Positions 20,929 to 30,401 of a stretch of 64,000 nucleotides of DNA are shown here, piece by piece; within the stretch, counting starts at the first letter, position 1; each line of letters opens with the position of its first letter. Made by a program: the position numbers and the translations under genes. Origin of the DNA: Halobacteriovoraceae bacterium (lineage in GTDB: Bacteria; Bdellovibrionota; Bacteriovoracia; Bacteriovoracales; Bacteriovoracaceae); contig CAVRCF010000003.1 of NCBI GenBank assembly GCA_963719505.1, forward strand, positions 1 to 64,000. The letters run 5' to 3'. The notes below the pieces were generated by a model. That model was not told where the DNA came from, did not search any database, and saw only the letters and a list, made by a program, of their open reading frames with translations.

Positions 20929-21921
20929 ATGTTTGCATCAGAAATGAATTCTACGGAACAGAATGTTCAATTAAATCCAGCAACAGCTACGAATTCAAAC
21001 CTAATTGGTAACCACCCTAAATTCGCTAAAGCACTTGAGTTTGCAACAAACGTTGCAGTTACAAAAGCGCCTGTGTTAGTTGTAGGTGAGTCAGGGTCAG
21101 GTAAAAAATCATTTTGCCAATACATTCATGGATCATCAGCTAGAGCCAACGGAGAGTTTTTAACTGTAGACTGTTCTCAAGACGCTCAGAAGGTTGAAAA
21201 TACAATTCTTGGTCATAGAGATGAAGAATCAGGAAGATTCAACAAAGGGATCCTAGAAAAAGCAAATGGTGGATCAGTTATTCTTTCAAATATCGATGCA
21301 CTTGACGAAAAATTTCAAAAAAGATTATACCAAATTATTCAAGAGCTTACTGACTATGATTTAGACGTAAGAATCATGGCAACAACATCTAAGAATCTTT
21401 CTAAGTATGTTGGAGCAGGTCGATTTTATAGAGCTCTTTATACTTATTTTTCAGGATCACAAATTGTCTTAGTTCCACTAAGAGAAAGAGGAACTGATAT
21501 TGAAGTCCTAGCAAATCATTTTGCAACTTCTTGGGCGACAGAAAATAATCAAGAAGCAGCAAGCTTTTCAGAAGAAGCAAGAAACAAGATTTCTTCTTTT
21601 TACTGGGCTCATAATGTTGCTGAGTTAAAAACAGTAATTGAGAACACTGTGGCTAACCTTGAAGGAAACGTTATTGATATCGGCGCAATTGAGCTTGGGG
21701 AGAGAAAAGCTGAAGCAGAGTCAAATGATATTAATGATGATGGATTAAAGCTTATGTCTTTTAAAGAAGCAGAAAAACTATTAATCAAGAAAGCTCTTAT
21801 CCATACTTCTGAGAACAGAACTCAAGCAGCTAAAATTTTAGGTGTCTCTATTAGAACACTAAGAAATAAGATCAATGAGTACAGAGGTGATGGTAATAAC
21901 TATTTCGTAAATTTGAGATAA
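20929..21921 (+). CDS. Degenerate sigma-54-activator-like AAA+/Fis-HTH protein
   Basis: Walker A GESGSGKK and HTH NRTQAAKILGVSIRTLRNK are present; GAFTGA, Walker B and sensor II are altered. Confidence 0.85.
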   Translation: MFASEMNSTEQNVQLNPATATNSNLIGNHPKFAKALEFATNVAVTKAPVLVVGESGSGKKSFCQYIHGSSARANGEFLTVDCSQDAQKVENTILGHRDEESGRFNKGILEKANGGSVILSNIDALDEKFQKRLYQIIQELTDYDLDVRIMATTSKNLSKYVGAGRFYRALYTYFSGSQIVLVPLRERGTDIEVLANHFATSWATENNQEAASFSEEARNKISSFYWAHNVAELKTVIENTVANLEGNVIDIGAIELGERKAEAESNDINDDGLKLMSFKEAEKLLIKKALIHTSENRTQAAKILGVSIRTLRNKINEYRGDGNNYFVNLR

Positions 21922-21943
21922 GTTAAAATTCTTCGGAGCGATT

Positions 21944-22351
21944 ATGGATATCAACGATAGAACATTACAAGCATTAGCAGCGGGACTTAAGTTCAGAGAG
22001 ATGAGACAAGAAATTATCTCCTCAAACGTCGCGAATGCAGAAACACCAGGTTATAAAGCAAAAAGGTTGGAGTTTGAAAAAGCACTAGCAAGAGCTCTGG
22101 ATGTTGATGGTCAACAGGGGATGAATATCGACGACAATCGTCATTTTAATGTCGGTGGCGGTGGTTTTGAAAATTTAGAACCTGAAGTTATTGAAGATCC
22201 AAATGGAGTTGTAAGTGAAAGCGGAAACTCTGTAAATCGTGAACAAGAAATGGCGAAAATGGCCGAAAATAAGATCATGTATGACACGTTAGTTCAGTTG
22301 ATGAACAAGAAACTTGGTCTTAAGAAGTACATACTGAACTCAGAAAGGTAA
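21944..22351 (+). CDS. flgB: Flagellar basal-body rod protein FlgB
   Basis: SNVANAETPGYK and GNSVNREQEM motifs; operon position. Confidence 0.95.
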   Translation: MDINDRTLQALAAGLKFREMRQEIISSNVANAETPGYKAKRLEFEKALARALDVDGQQGMNIDDNRHFNVGGGGFENLEPEVIEDPNGVVSESGNSVNREQEMAKMAENKIMYDTLVQLMNKKLGLKKYILNSER

Positions 22352-22363
22352 GAGGAGTAATTA

Positions 22364-22801
22364 ATGGATTTACTAAAAAGTATGAAAATTAGTGCAAGTG
22401 GATTAGCAGCAAATCGTAAAAGAATTGAAGCTATTTCATCAAACATTGCTAATGCTCAAACGACTCGAACAGCTGAGGGAGGACCTTATCGTAGAAAAGA
22501 AGTGGTATTTGGTTCAGAACCTGCAAGAGATAAATTTGCCGATATTCTCGAAGGTGAGATCGATGCGAAAGCAGAAACTGTCCATGTTACTGAAGTTATA
22601 TCATCTGACAAACCACCCGTTCTAAAGTATGACCCAAGTCATCCTGATGCAAACAAAGACGGATACGTGGCGATGCCAGATATCAATGTAATGAAAGAGA
22701 TGGCCGACATGATTTCGGCTCAAAGAGCCTATGAAGCAAATATCTCTGCGATAAATACGAGTAAATCAATGGCCGTTAAAGCGCTTGAGATTGGAAGGTA
22801 A
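22364..22801 (+). CDS. flgC: Flagellar basal-body rod protein FlgC
   Basis: NIANAQTTR, GGPYRRK, YDPSHPDA and RAYEAN motifs. Confidence 0.97.
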   Translation: MDLLKSMKISASGLAANRKRIEAISSNIANAQTTRTAEGGPYRRKEVVFGSEPARDKFADILEGEIDAKAETVHVTEVISSDKPPVLKYDPSHPDANKDGYVAMPDINVMKEMADMISAQRAYEANISAINTSKSMAVKALEIGR

Positions 22802-22818
22802 CACTAAAAGGTTAATGT

Positions 22819-23178
22819 ATGATTAAGAATTACGGACAAATGCAAAATACACTTAAAAACTATGATATGAAAAATTGGTCTAAGAGTGTTGAAGTTGGGA
22901 ATCGAATTGATTTCAAAAATCAACCTTTTAACCCAGAAGTTGGTCAAACAAGTGAGACTAAGACCTTCGGAGACTTTTTGGTCGATTCGGTGGCAAAAGT
23001 TAATAATCTTCAAGCCGACGCCAATACAGCGATGGAAAAACTAGCTAGTGGAAAGTCTAATAACCTTCATGAAACACTGCTCGCTGTAGAAAAAGCTGAT
23101 ATTGCTTTTAAGACGATGAACCAAGTTCGGTCTAAAGTTATTGATGCTTATAGAGAAATAATGAAAATGCAAATATAG
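22819..23178 (+). CDS. fliE: Flagellar hook-basal body protein FliE
   Basis: C-terminal VRSKVIDAYREIMKMQI. Confidence 0.95.
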   Translation: MIKNYGQMQNTLKNYDMKNWSKSVEVGNRIDFKNQPFNPEVGQTSETKTFGDFLVDSVAKVNNLQADANTAMEKLASGKSNNLHETLLAVEKADIAFKTMNQVRSKVIDAYREIMKMQI

Positions 23179-23215
23179 TTGATTGGATTAACGCTATTGA
23201 ATCAGGAGGATTCTT

Positions 23216-24904
23216 TTGCAAGACTTTATAAAACAAATTACTGGAAATTTTACTGAGTTCTTCTCGTCTCTCGATACAAATAGAAGAATCAGTCTTATTG
23301 GGATTGGATCTCTACTCGTTGCCATCATGGTAAGTTTAGTTATCTGGGCATCTAAAACTCAATATAAGCTCTTATTCTCTGATCTAAGTAAAGAAGATGC
23401 TGGAAGTATCTCTCAGTTGCTAGAGCAAGGAAAGATAAGCTATCAAGTAAAAGATGAAGGAAAAAGCATCTACGTTCCGGAGGATCAAGTTGAGATTTGG
23501 AGATTAGAGATTGCAAAAAGAGGTGTTAATTTAACTTCTACAGTTGGATACGACGTCTTTGATAAGCAAGCTTTTGGAACAACAAGTTTTGTTCAAAAAA
23601 TCAATAAACAGCGAGCGATTGAAGGCGAGCTGATGAAAACAATAAAACATATTCGAGGAGTAAATAGAGTAAGGGTTCACCTTTCTCTACCTGAATCGAG
23701 TCCCTTTGTTTCGGAGAAAAAGCCACCCAGTGCCTCAGTTGTCCTAGACCTAAATCGTGGATTCGAACTGGCAAAGTCAGAAGTTAAAGGGATCCAAAGT
23801 TTAATTCAAGCCTCTGTTGATGGTATGCGAGAAGAAGATGTCGTGATCATTGATGCTAAAGGTAAAAAACTTACTGAGAATGTTGGAGATGCTATGTCTC
23901 AACATACAGCGAGTAGACTGGCACTTGAGGGGAAAGTAAATCGTCAATACGAAGGACAAGTTGAAGAGATATTAAAAAGAGTCGTGGGCCAAGGTAAAGT
24001 TATCGCCAAGGTTAACGTTAAAATGGACTTCACTGAATCTTATCAAACACAGACTTCTTATGACGGGGAGAACTCAGCTGTTCTGTCAGAAGTTGCAAAC
24101 AAACAAAACTATAGAGGCTCACGCCCATCTCCTCAGGGGATGCCAGGTGCGAGAAGTAATCTTCCAGGGGAGAAGCCACAACCAGGAATTCCGGAAACGA
24201 GAAGTGACACTGATAAGTCTTTAACTACGAGAAACTATAATGTTCCAAAGACAGTGACTCAGTCGAAGAAGCCGACGGCTCAAATTGAAGCCATCAGTGT
24301 GGCCGTAATGGTTGATGGAAAAAGAGTTCCTCAATTCGACGAGGCTGGAGAGCCGATATTGAATGACAATGATCTTCCGGTGACAAAATACGAGCCTTGG
24401 AGTGAGGCTGAAATTGCAAACTTTAAAGCAATCGTTGCATCAGCTGTAGGCCTTAATGAAGGACGAGGTGATTCAATCGTTATTAAGAATATGGAGTTTG
24501 CACAAGAAGATCTGTCTGAAGCAGAGGCTCTTCTTCGTCAAAGAGAAAACAGAGAGATCATTAAAAACTTAACTAAGTATTTGATGATCGGTGTTCTTAT
24601 TACACTTCTGTTCTTTGTTGTTATCAGACCATTTATTCAATGGGTTACTGAAAACACTGTTGAATCAATTGAAGACTTTTTACCTAAAACAATTGAAGAA
24701 TTAGAAAAGATACAAGCTAATCAATCACTTCCAGGTCTAGAGGATGCACTTCCAACTATTGAAGACAAAATGAATCCAGAAAAGATTGAAGGTAATATGA
24801 TTAGAGAGAGAATTATTAACTTAGTTGAATCAAACCCGGCTAAAGCAGCACAGGTTGTTCACGAGATGATTCACTCACAGGATTCACATAAAGAAATAGC
24901 TTAA
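23216..24904 (+). CDS. fliF: Flagellar M-ring protein FliF
   Basis: Two TM helices, FGTTSFVQKIN, RAIEGEL and PSASVVL motifs. Confidence 0.96.
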   Translation: MQDFIKQITGNFTEFFSSLDTNRRISLIGIGSLLVAIMVSLVIWASKTQYKLLFSDLSKEDAGSISQLLEQGKISYQVKDEGKSIYVPEDQVEIWRLEIAKRGVNLTSTVGYDVFDKQAFGTTSFVQKINKQRAIEGELMKTIKHIRGVNRVRVHLSLPESSPFVSEKKPPSASVVLDLNRGFELAKSEVKGIQSLIQASVDGMREEDVVIIDAKGKKLTENVGDAMSQHTASRLALEGKVNRQYEGQVEEILKRVVGQGKVIAKVNVKMDFTESYQTQTSYDGENSAVLSEVANKQNYRGSRPSPQGMPGARSNLPGEKPQPGIPETRSDTDKSLTTRNYNVPKTVTQSKKPTAQIEAISVAVMVDGKRVPQFDEAGEPILNDNDLPVTKYEPWSEAEIANFKAIVASAVGLNEGRGDSIVIKNMEFAQEDLSEAEALLRQRENREIIKNLTKYLMIGVLITLLFFVVIRPFIQWVTENTVESIEDFLPKTIEELEKIQANQSLPGLEDALPTIEDKMNPEKIEGNMIRERIINLVESNPAKAAQVVHEMIHSQDSHKEIA

Positions 24905-24925
24905 TATAATGCAGGAGTTAACAGT

Positions 24926-25960
24926 ATGTCTGATTCGAAAACACTAGACCCCGATGTAGAATATGCTCTACTGAGCGGTTTAGATAAATCAGCAATTTTA
25001 ATGAGTAGTTTGGGACCAACACCTGCAAAGATGGTCTTCAAACACATGAAAGATAACGATGTTAAGCGTCTGATCAATCAGATGGCGATGATTACAAAGT
25101 CTCCCATTTGGATGGTTAAAAGAGTTCTTGAAGAATTCTATTCGGCTCTTAATGAGGATGCTGATCTTCTCTTTTCAGAAAATAAAGGCCGAGACTTTAT
25201 TCTTGGCGCTCTTGGTGAAGACCGAGCGAAACAACTTTTAGGTCAAGTTGTTGAAGTTGGTATGGCCAACACACTTGAATCTCTAGAACTTGTTGATACA
25301 AGAACACTTGCAAACTTTCTTATCAATGAGCATCCACAAACGATTGCTTTAATTATCGCTCACCTTACAACAGAGAGAAAAGTTGATGTTCTTCGTAAGC
25401 TTCCAGAGGGTCTGCAAGCTGAGGTCGTTCTCAGAGTTGCCAATCTAGATTTCGTCTCTCCTGAACTTATAGCTCAGCTAGATGATGTTCTAAAAACGGA
25501 ACTCTCAACTCTTGGATCCATTGATACTCAACAACTTGGTGGAGTTGAGCCAATTGCAGATATGCTCAATATGATGGACAAAGCGGCTGAGAAAAATGTT
25601 ATGGCAAGAGTTGAGGAAAAAGATCCTGAACTTGCTGAAGAAATTAGAAAACTCATGTTTGTCTTCGAAGACCTGGTCTTTGTTGATGATAAAGGGATGC
25701 AAGAGCTTCTTAAAGTTGTTGATAATCAAAAACTTACAATCGCGCTTAAAACATCCCCTGAAGAAGTTAAGCAAAAACTCTTTAAAAATATGTCGAACAG
25801 GGCGGCTAGTCTTCTCAAAGAAGACCTTGAAGCTCTTGGGCCAACAAAACTATCAGATGTTGAAAAGTCTCAACAAGAGATTGTTCAGCAAGTTAAAGAT
25901 CTGGAGTCAAAAGGCAAGGCAATTATCTCTCGCGGTGGCGAGGGGGATGCAATGGTTTAA
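24926..25960 (+). CDS. fliG: Flagellar motor switch protein FliG
   Basis: EHPQTIA, GGVEP, MFVFEDL and NMSNRA motifs. Confidence 0.97.
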   Translation: MSDSKTLDPDVEYALLSGLDKSAILMSSLGPTPAKMVFKHMKDNDVKRLINQMAMITKSPIWMVKRVLEEFYSALNEDADLLFSENKGRDFILGALGEDRAKQLLGQVVEVGMANTLESLELVDTRTLANFLINEHPQTIALIIAHLTTERKVDVLRKLPEGLQAEVVLRVANLDFVSPELIAQLDDVLKTELSTLGSIDTQQLGGVEPIADMLNMMDKAAEKNVMARVEEKDPELAEEIRKLMFVFEDLVFVDDKGMQELLKVVDNQKLTIALKTSPEEVKQKLFKNMSNRAASLLKEDLEALGPTKLSDVEKSQQEIVQQVKDLESKGKAIISRGGEGDAMV

Positions 25961-25983
25961 TTTGGATTTAAAGGAAGGGATAA

Positions 25984-26805
25984 ATGTCATTTCAAAAAGG
26001 TAACAAAGTTGATGTTGAGACATTTTCATTTAGCCAGTTAACTCCTACTCAAGGTAACCCTGGAGAAATTACTGAATTTGAACTTGAGGCTTTGAGTCCT
26101 GCCACCGACTTTAAAAAGAAGCTCTCGGAAGATATTATTCGTCTTGAAAGAGAACATGAAGTTTCAAGTGGCTTTAGTATTGATGAAAATGTAAGAGAGC
26201 ATCGAGGTCTTAGAGATCAAGAAAATACAGACTTTGAACAAAGAGTTGAAGAAGAAGTTGCAAGAAGACTTAATAAGAGAATGAAGCAAGCCTATGAAGA
26301 AGGTTTTACTGCAGGAGTTGAAGATGGAGCTAAAAAAGCTTACGACGAAGCAGCTATTCAGTATGATGAAAAAATCTTAGTCTTTGAACAGTTTCTCACT
26401 CAGATGATGGAACAAAAAGAGTCAATTCTTGTTGAGAGCAAACAAGAAGCTTACGCTTTAATTAAAAATCTAACGAAATGGATTATTCTCAAAGAAGTTC
26501 AAGACAAAGATTATATTGAAAGGCTTCTTGAGAAATTGATTCTAGAAGTAAATACAAAATCCAACCTTACGATCAGAGTAAATCAAGAAGACTTTGATGA
26601 CCTTCCTGGTGTCATTGAAAAGGTCGAGAGTCGTCTTGGGGCTCTAACAAATGTGAGACTTGAAATTGGACATGACCAGACTGAAAGGGGAATTGTTCTT
26701 GAATCTGAAGTCGGTGTCATTGATGGCTCTTTTAAATCACAGATGAAATCACTCGATAAATTATTTGAAAATGTTGGCATTGTTGATAAAGGTTCAAATG
26801 AATAG
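25984..26805 (+). CDS. fliH: Flagellar assembly protein FliH
   Basis: AYEEGFTAGVEDG GxxxG repeats and GIVLESEVGVIDG; lies between fliG and fliI. Confidence 0.85.
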   Translation: MSFQKGNKVDVETFSFSQLTPTQGNPGEITEFELEALSPATDFKKKLSEDIIRLEREHEVSSGFSIDENVREHRGLRDQENTDFEQRVEEEVARRLNKRMKQAYEEGFTAGVEDGAKKAYDEAAIQYDEKILVFEQFLTQMMEQKESILVESKQEAYALIKNLTKWIILKEVQDKDYIERLLEKLILEVNTKSNLTIRVNQEDFDDLPGVIEKVESRLGALTNVRLEIGHDQTERGIVLESEVGVIDGSFKSQMKSLDKLFENVGIVDKGSNE

Positions 26806-28165
26806 TGAACCCTTAAACTTTGACTCCATTGTTAAAGAGTTTGAGACCAGTTCTCCTTATCAAAATGTAGGAAAAATTCTCTCCAGTCACGGAATGATCT
26901 ATGAGGCAACCCTTCCAAGAGCAGTTATGGGATGTTGTGTAGAACTCGTTACTCAGTCCGGAGAGACTTGCCTTGGAGAAGTTGTAGGGATTGATGGGCA
27001 TAAGTGTAAGCTCATGCCTTATAAAGAAATTACAGGTATCAATTCTCAAACAAAAGTTTATCTTCGAGACCTTACGACAACGATTAATATCAGCCCGGCA
27101 ATGCTTGGACGAGTTGTGGATTTTCAAGGAAACCCAATCGATGGTAAAGGTCCTATATTAAAATCAAATGATTCAAAAAACCTCTCTATTTTTGGAGAGC
27201 CTATAAACCCGCTAGATAGACCTCCAATTCGTGAGCCTCTGGATACAGGGGTCAATGCCATTAACACCTTTATAACAGCTGGAAAAGGCCAAAGACTCGC
27301 TATTATGGCCGGATCTGGAGTCGGGAAGTCGACTCTTATGAGTATGATTGCCAGAAACACCAATGCTGATATCAACGTCATCGCTCTTATTGGAGAGAGG
27401 GGACGAGAAGTTTTAGAATTTATAGAATCTGATCTAGGCGTTGAGGGACTTAAAAGAAGTGTTGTTGTGGTTGCAACTAGTGATACCAGTGCTCTTATTC
27501 GAGCCAAAGCGGCGTACACCGCTACCACAATTGCTGAATATTTTAGAGATTTAAACCAAGATGTTATTTTAATGATGGACTCCATCACTCGTTTTTCTAT
27601 GGCCCAAAGAGAAATTGGAATGAGTACGGGGGAACCTCCTGGACAAAAAGGATATGGGCCAAGCGTCTTTGCTAAACTTCCAAAGTTAATGGAAAGAGCA
27701 GGGACGAAACGGGGAGCTGGAACCATTACGGGAATCTACACCGTCCTTGTTGAGGGTGGAGATATGGATGAGCCTATTGCTGATGCTGTAAGAGCTATTA
27801 GTGACGGGCATATTGTTTTATCCAGAGAACTCGCAGCCAAAAATCATTTTCCTGCCATCGATGTTCTCGAGTCAATCTCAAGAGTCATGAATAAAGTGGT
27901 CACTCGGGAGCATACTATAGTCGCTGGTCACCTAAGAGATCTGATGGCTTCTTTTAGAGAGTCAGAGGATTTGATTAATGTTGGTGCTTATGCCCACGGG
28001 ACAAATCCAAAAGTTGATAAAGCCATTATGGTCAATGGTGATATTACAAACCTTCTGCAACAACAGATGGAAGATAGCTCTACGATTGAAGAACTTTACG
28101 AACAAATTGTGGAGATCGCAAGAAAGTCTGAAGGCCAAGTCGCTGATTCCGAAGGTGAGCAGTAG
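26798..28165 (+). CDS. fliI: Flagellar export ATPase FliI
   Basis: AGSGVGKST, LIGERGREV, MDSITRF and DGHIVLSR motifs; ATG 26798 overlaps the fliH end. Confidence 0.97.
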   Translation: MNSEPLNFDSIVKEFETSSPYQNVGKILSSHGMIYEATLPRAVMGCCVELVTQSGETCLGEVVGIDGHKCKLMPYKEITGINSQTKVYLRDLTTTINISPAMLGRVVDFQGNPIDGKGPILKSNDSKNLSIFGEPINPLDRPPIREPLDTGVNAINTFITAGKGQRLAIMAGSGVGKSTLMSMIARNTNADINVIALIGERGREVLEFIESDLGVEGLKRSVVVVATSDTSALIRAKAAYTATTIAEYFRDLNQDVILMMDSITRFSMAQREIGMSTGEPPGQKGYGPSVFAKLPKLMERAGTKRGAGTITGIYTVLVEGGDMDEPIADAVRAISDGHIVLSRELAAKNHFPAIDVLESISRVMNKVVTREHTIVAGHLRDLMASFRESEDLINVGAYAHGTNPKVDKAIMVNGDITNLLQQQMEDSSTIEELYEQIVEIARKSEGQVADSEGEQ

Positions 28166-28167
28166 CA

Positions 28168-28617
28168 ATGGCCCAAAAATATAAATTTAAATTAGAAGCT
28201 GTTCTCAAGATGAGAAAAATTCGTGAAGACCAATGTAAAATGGAGATCGGGCGAATTCAAGTTGAAATCCAAAAGATCAAAGATCAAATCGCTGAACAAA
28301 ATGCTGGTATTGGTGAAGCTTATGAAATGCAGGAACAGGCGTTAAAAGATGGATCAACTGGGCAAGAGAGTCGATTTCACCCCTATTTTGTCACAGGCAA
28401 GAGAAGTCATATAGAATCATTAGAAAGAGATATGGGCGAGCTTGAACAACGAGTCGCCAGAATGTATCAGATTCTTACTCAGTTTAGAGCGGACGTAAAA
28501 CTTATTGAGAAAATGAAAGATAAAGATCAAAAGAAATTTCAAAAAGCTCGAGATAAAAAAATAAATGCAGATCTTGAAGAGCAAAACCAAATGCTTAGAC
28601 AAATTTTAAAAGGTTAA
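28168..28617 (+). CDS. fliJ: Flagellar export chaperone FliJ
   Basis: KYKFKLEAVLKMR N-terminus, coiled coil, directly after fliI. Confidence 0.85.
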   Translation: MAQKYKFKLEAVLKMRKIREDQCKMEIGRIQVEIQKIKDQIAEQNAGIGEAYEMQEQALKDGSTGQESRFHPYFVTGKRSHIESLERDMGELEQRVARMYQILTQFRADVKLIEKMKDKDQKKFQKARDKKINADLEEQNQMLRQILKG

Positions 28618-28618
28618 T

Positions 28619-29149
28619 ATGAAACAAATTATTATTCTACTGGCCATGATTGTACTTTTTAAAACTCACGCTGCTGAGGAAAAAATCTATACTGAAACGC
28701 AAATGCGCGAGAAGGTAGATAAAATGGTCAATCAAAAAATCGAAAAAATAAAAAAATCATCGATCGCTGACCTTACGAAAGAAATCATGAAAAGAGAAAG
28801 TGATCTTGAACAAAAAGAGATCGCTCTTCGGGCTAAAAAAGAGCAATTAGCTCGTGCCGAAGAAACACTTTCAAAGAAAATAGCGGGACTTGAAGATCAG
28901 CAAAAGAAGATCATCGGATGTATCGAAGACAATAAAACCGGTGAAGCCAGAAGAATTAAGCAGTTAGTTAGTATGATTGCGAACATGAAACCGGTAAAAG
29001 CTGCCGATGTACTCAGTGTTCAAGATAGTTTAATTTCCGTTAAAATACTTGAACAGATCGATCCAAAGAGGGCTTCGAGGATTTTTAACCTCATGGACAA
29101 GGAAGTTTCTGCCCGACTTCAAAAACAGTACTTAAATATGCAAAAATAG
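28619..29149 (+). CDS. MotE/FlbB-like protein (coiled coil plus MgtE-N-like domain)
   Basis: Signal peptide, coiled coil and MKPVKAA...IDPKRASRIFNLMD; lies between fliJ and fliK. Confidence 0.7.
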   Translation: MKQIIILLAMIVLFKTHAAEEKIYTETQMREKVDKMVNQKIEKIKKSSIADLTKEIMKRESDLEQKEIALRAKKEQLARAEETLSKKIAGLEDQQKKIIGCIEDNKTGEARRIKQLVSMIANMKPVKAADVLSVQDSLISVKILEQIDPKRASRIFNLMDKEVSARLQKQYLNMQK

Positions 29150-29165
29150 TAATGAGACACATTGC

Positions 29166-30401
29166 GTGCAGGATGCGCGTAATATAGGGAAACACACAAC
29201 AGGAAGTTTAATGAACGTAAATGCATCAGTGCAAAATTTATCTTCACAAAAAGCTGGCCAGGCGATGAAGCAGGCTAGTGGTGAGATGGATGCGTTAACT
29301 GCATTAAGCCAGCAACTAGAAATCACTCCAGAGATGCTTGCCGAAAACCCAGAGCTAGCAAAGCTACTAGAAGGCAACAAAGAAGGATTAGATTTTCAGT
29401 CACTTTTAAAAGAATCAGAAAGTCCGAAGGGAGAAAAAACCTTAACTGACTTAATGAAAGGATTGAAAGAAGCAGCTGGTGAAGTCGGTGAAAACGTAGA
29501 AAGTCTTAAGGGCGAGAAGCTCGTGAAGGATCCAGCGCTTAAAGAAGCCGCTTTTAAGGATCCAAAGATTCAACAAGCCGTATTTAAAGATCCAAAGATT
29601 CAAGCAAAAATTGAACAAGGAATCCTTAAAGGTGATCCAGAGGATCAAAAGAATCAAAAGTTAGAAAAAGCAGGACTTGTAAACTTGGAAGAGTTTGTTA
29701 AAAACCAATCTCCAACAAAAAAAGCTGCTATGAACAATGCGTATAAAAATTCTATGAATGAGTCTCTTCTTAATAAAAAAATTGATGCTCAGATTCCATC
29801 TCTTACGGGTGCGAATACAACGAAGCCGATGAAAGTTACAGACTTTATGTTAATGGGAAATGAGTCTCAAGACGCTGGTGATTCTGCAATGCAATTTGGG
29901 AAAAATCAAACGACTCAGATTCAAAATAACAACTCGGCGGCAACAGTTGGTAAAACCTTTGATATGAGCACTCTTACAAGTGATGCTACGGGTGAAGTTA
30001 TTGGGAAGATTCAAGATTATATTATCCAAACAAGAGCGAGTAATGAGCCAAATGTTCAAATGAGCTTTGAGCATAAAGATCTTGGGATGATTGATCTTCA
30101 AGTGACAAAAACAGGCACAAACGAATTAAATATTATGATTAATTCTCGGACGCAAGAAGGAGCGAAGTTCTTCACACAAAACCAAAGTGAACTTCTTCAA
30201 TCTCTTTCTCAAGCTGGAATTAAAGTCGCTGATCTTAAGCTAGATTCAAGTAGTAATACGAATCTTTCACAAAATGGAAATGAGTCGAGTCAAAATCAAG
30301 CGGATAAAGGCCAACAAGGTCAGCCGAGAGATCAGAGACACTCAGACTCAAGAAGACGTGAAGAACTTTGGAAACTATTTGACCAAAGAGAGGCTGCATA
30401 A
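29166..30401 (+). CDS. fliK: Flagellar hook-length control protein FliK
   Basis: Low-complexity N-terminus, C-terminal T3S4-like domain (HKDLGMIDLQV...LLQSLSQAGIKV) and Q-rich tail; precedes flgD. Start codon uncertain. Confidence 0.8.
   Translation: MQDARNIGKHTTGSLMNVNASVQNLSSQKAGQAMKQASGEMDALTALSQQLEITPEMLAENPELAKLLEGNKEGLDFQSLLKESESPKGEKTLTDLMKGLKEAAGEVGENVESLKGEKLVKDPALKEAAFKDPKIQQAVFKDPKIQAKIEQGILKGDPEDQKNQKLEKAGLVNLEEFVKNQSPTKKAAMNNAYKNSMNESLLNKKIDAQIPSLTGANTTKPMKVTDFMLMGNESQDAGDSAMQFGKNQTTQIQNNNSAATVGKTFDMSTLTSDATGEVIGKIQDYIIQTRASNEPNVQMSFEHKDLGMIDLQVTKTGTNELNIMINSRTQEGAKFFTQNQSELLQSLSQAGIKVADLKLDSSSNTNLSQNGNESSQNQADKGQQGQPRDQRHSDSRRREELWKLFDQREAA
29526..29603 (+). repeat. 30-bp in-frame tandem repeat in fliK (two full copies and a partial third)
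   Basis: Units begin AA(G/A)GATCCA at 29526, 29556 and 29586, encoding KDPALKEAAF/KDPKIQQAVF/KDPKIQ. Confidence 0.8.

Noticed and set aside
27124-27726. 200-aa antisense ORF inside fliI, and similar short antisense or alternate-frame ORFs inside other core genes
   Set aside because: Shadow ORFs of conserved genes with no independent motifs or signals.
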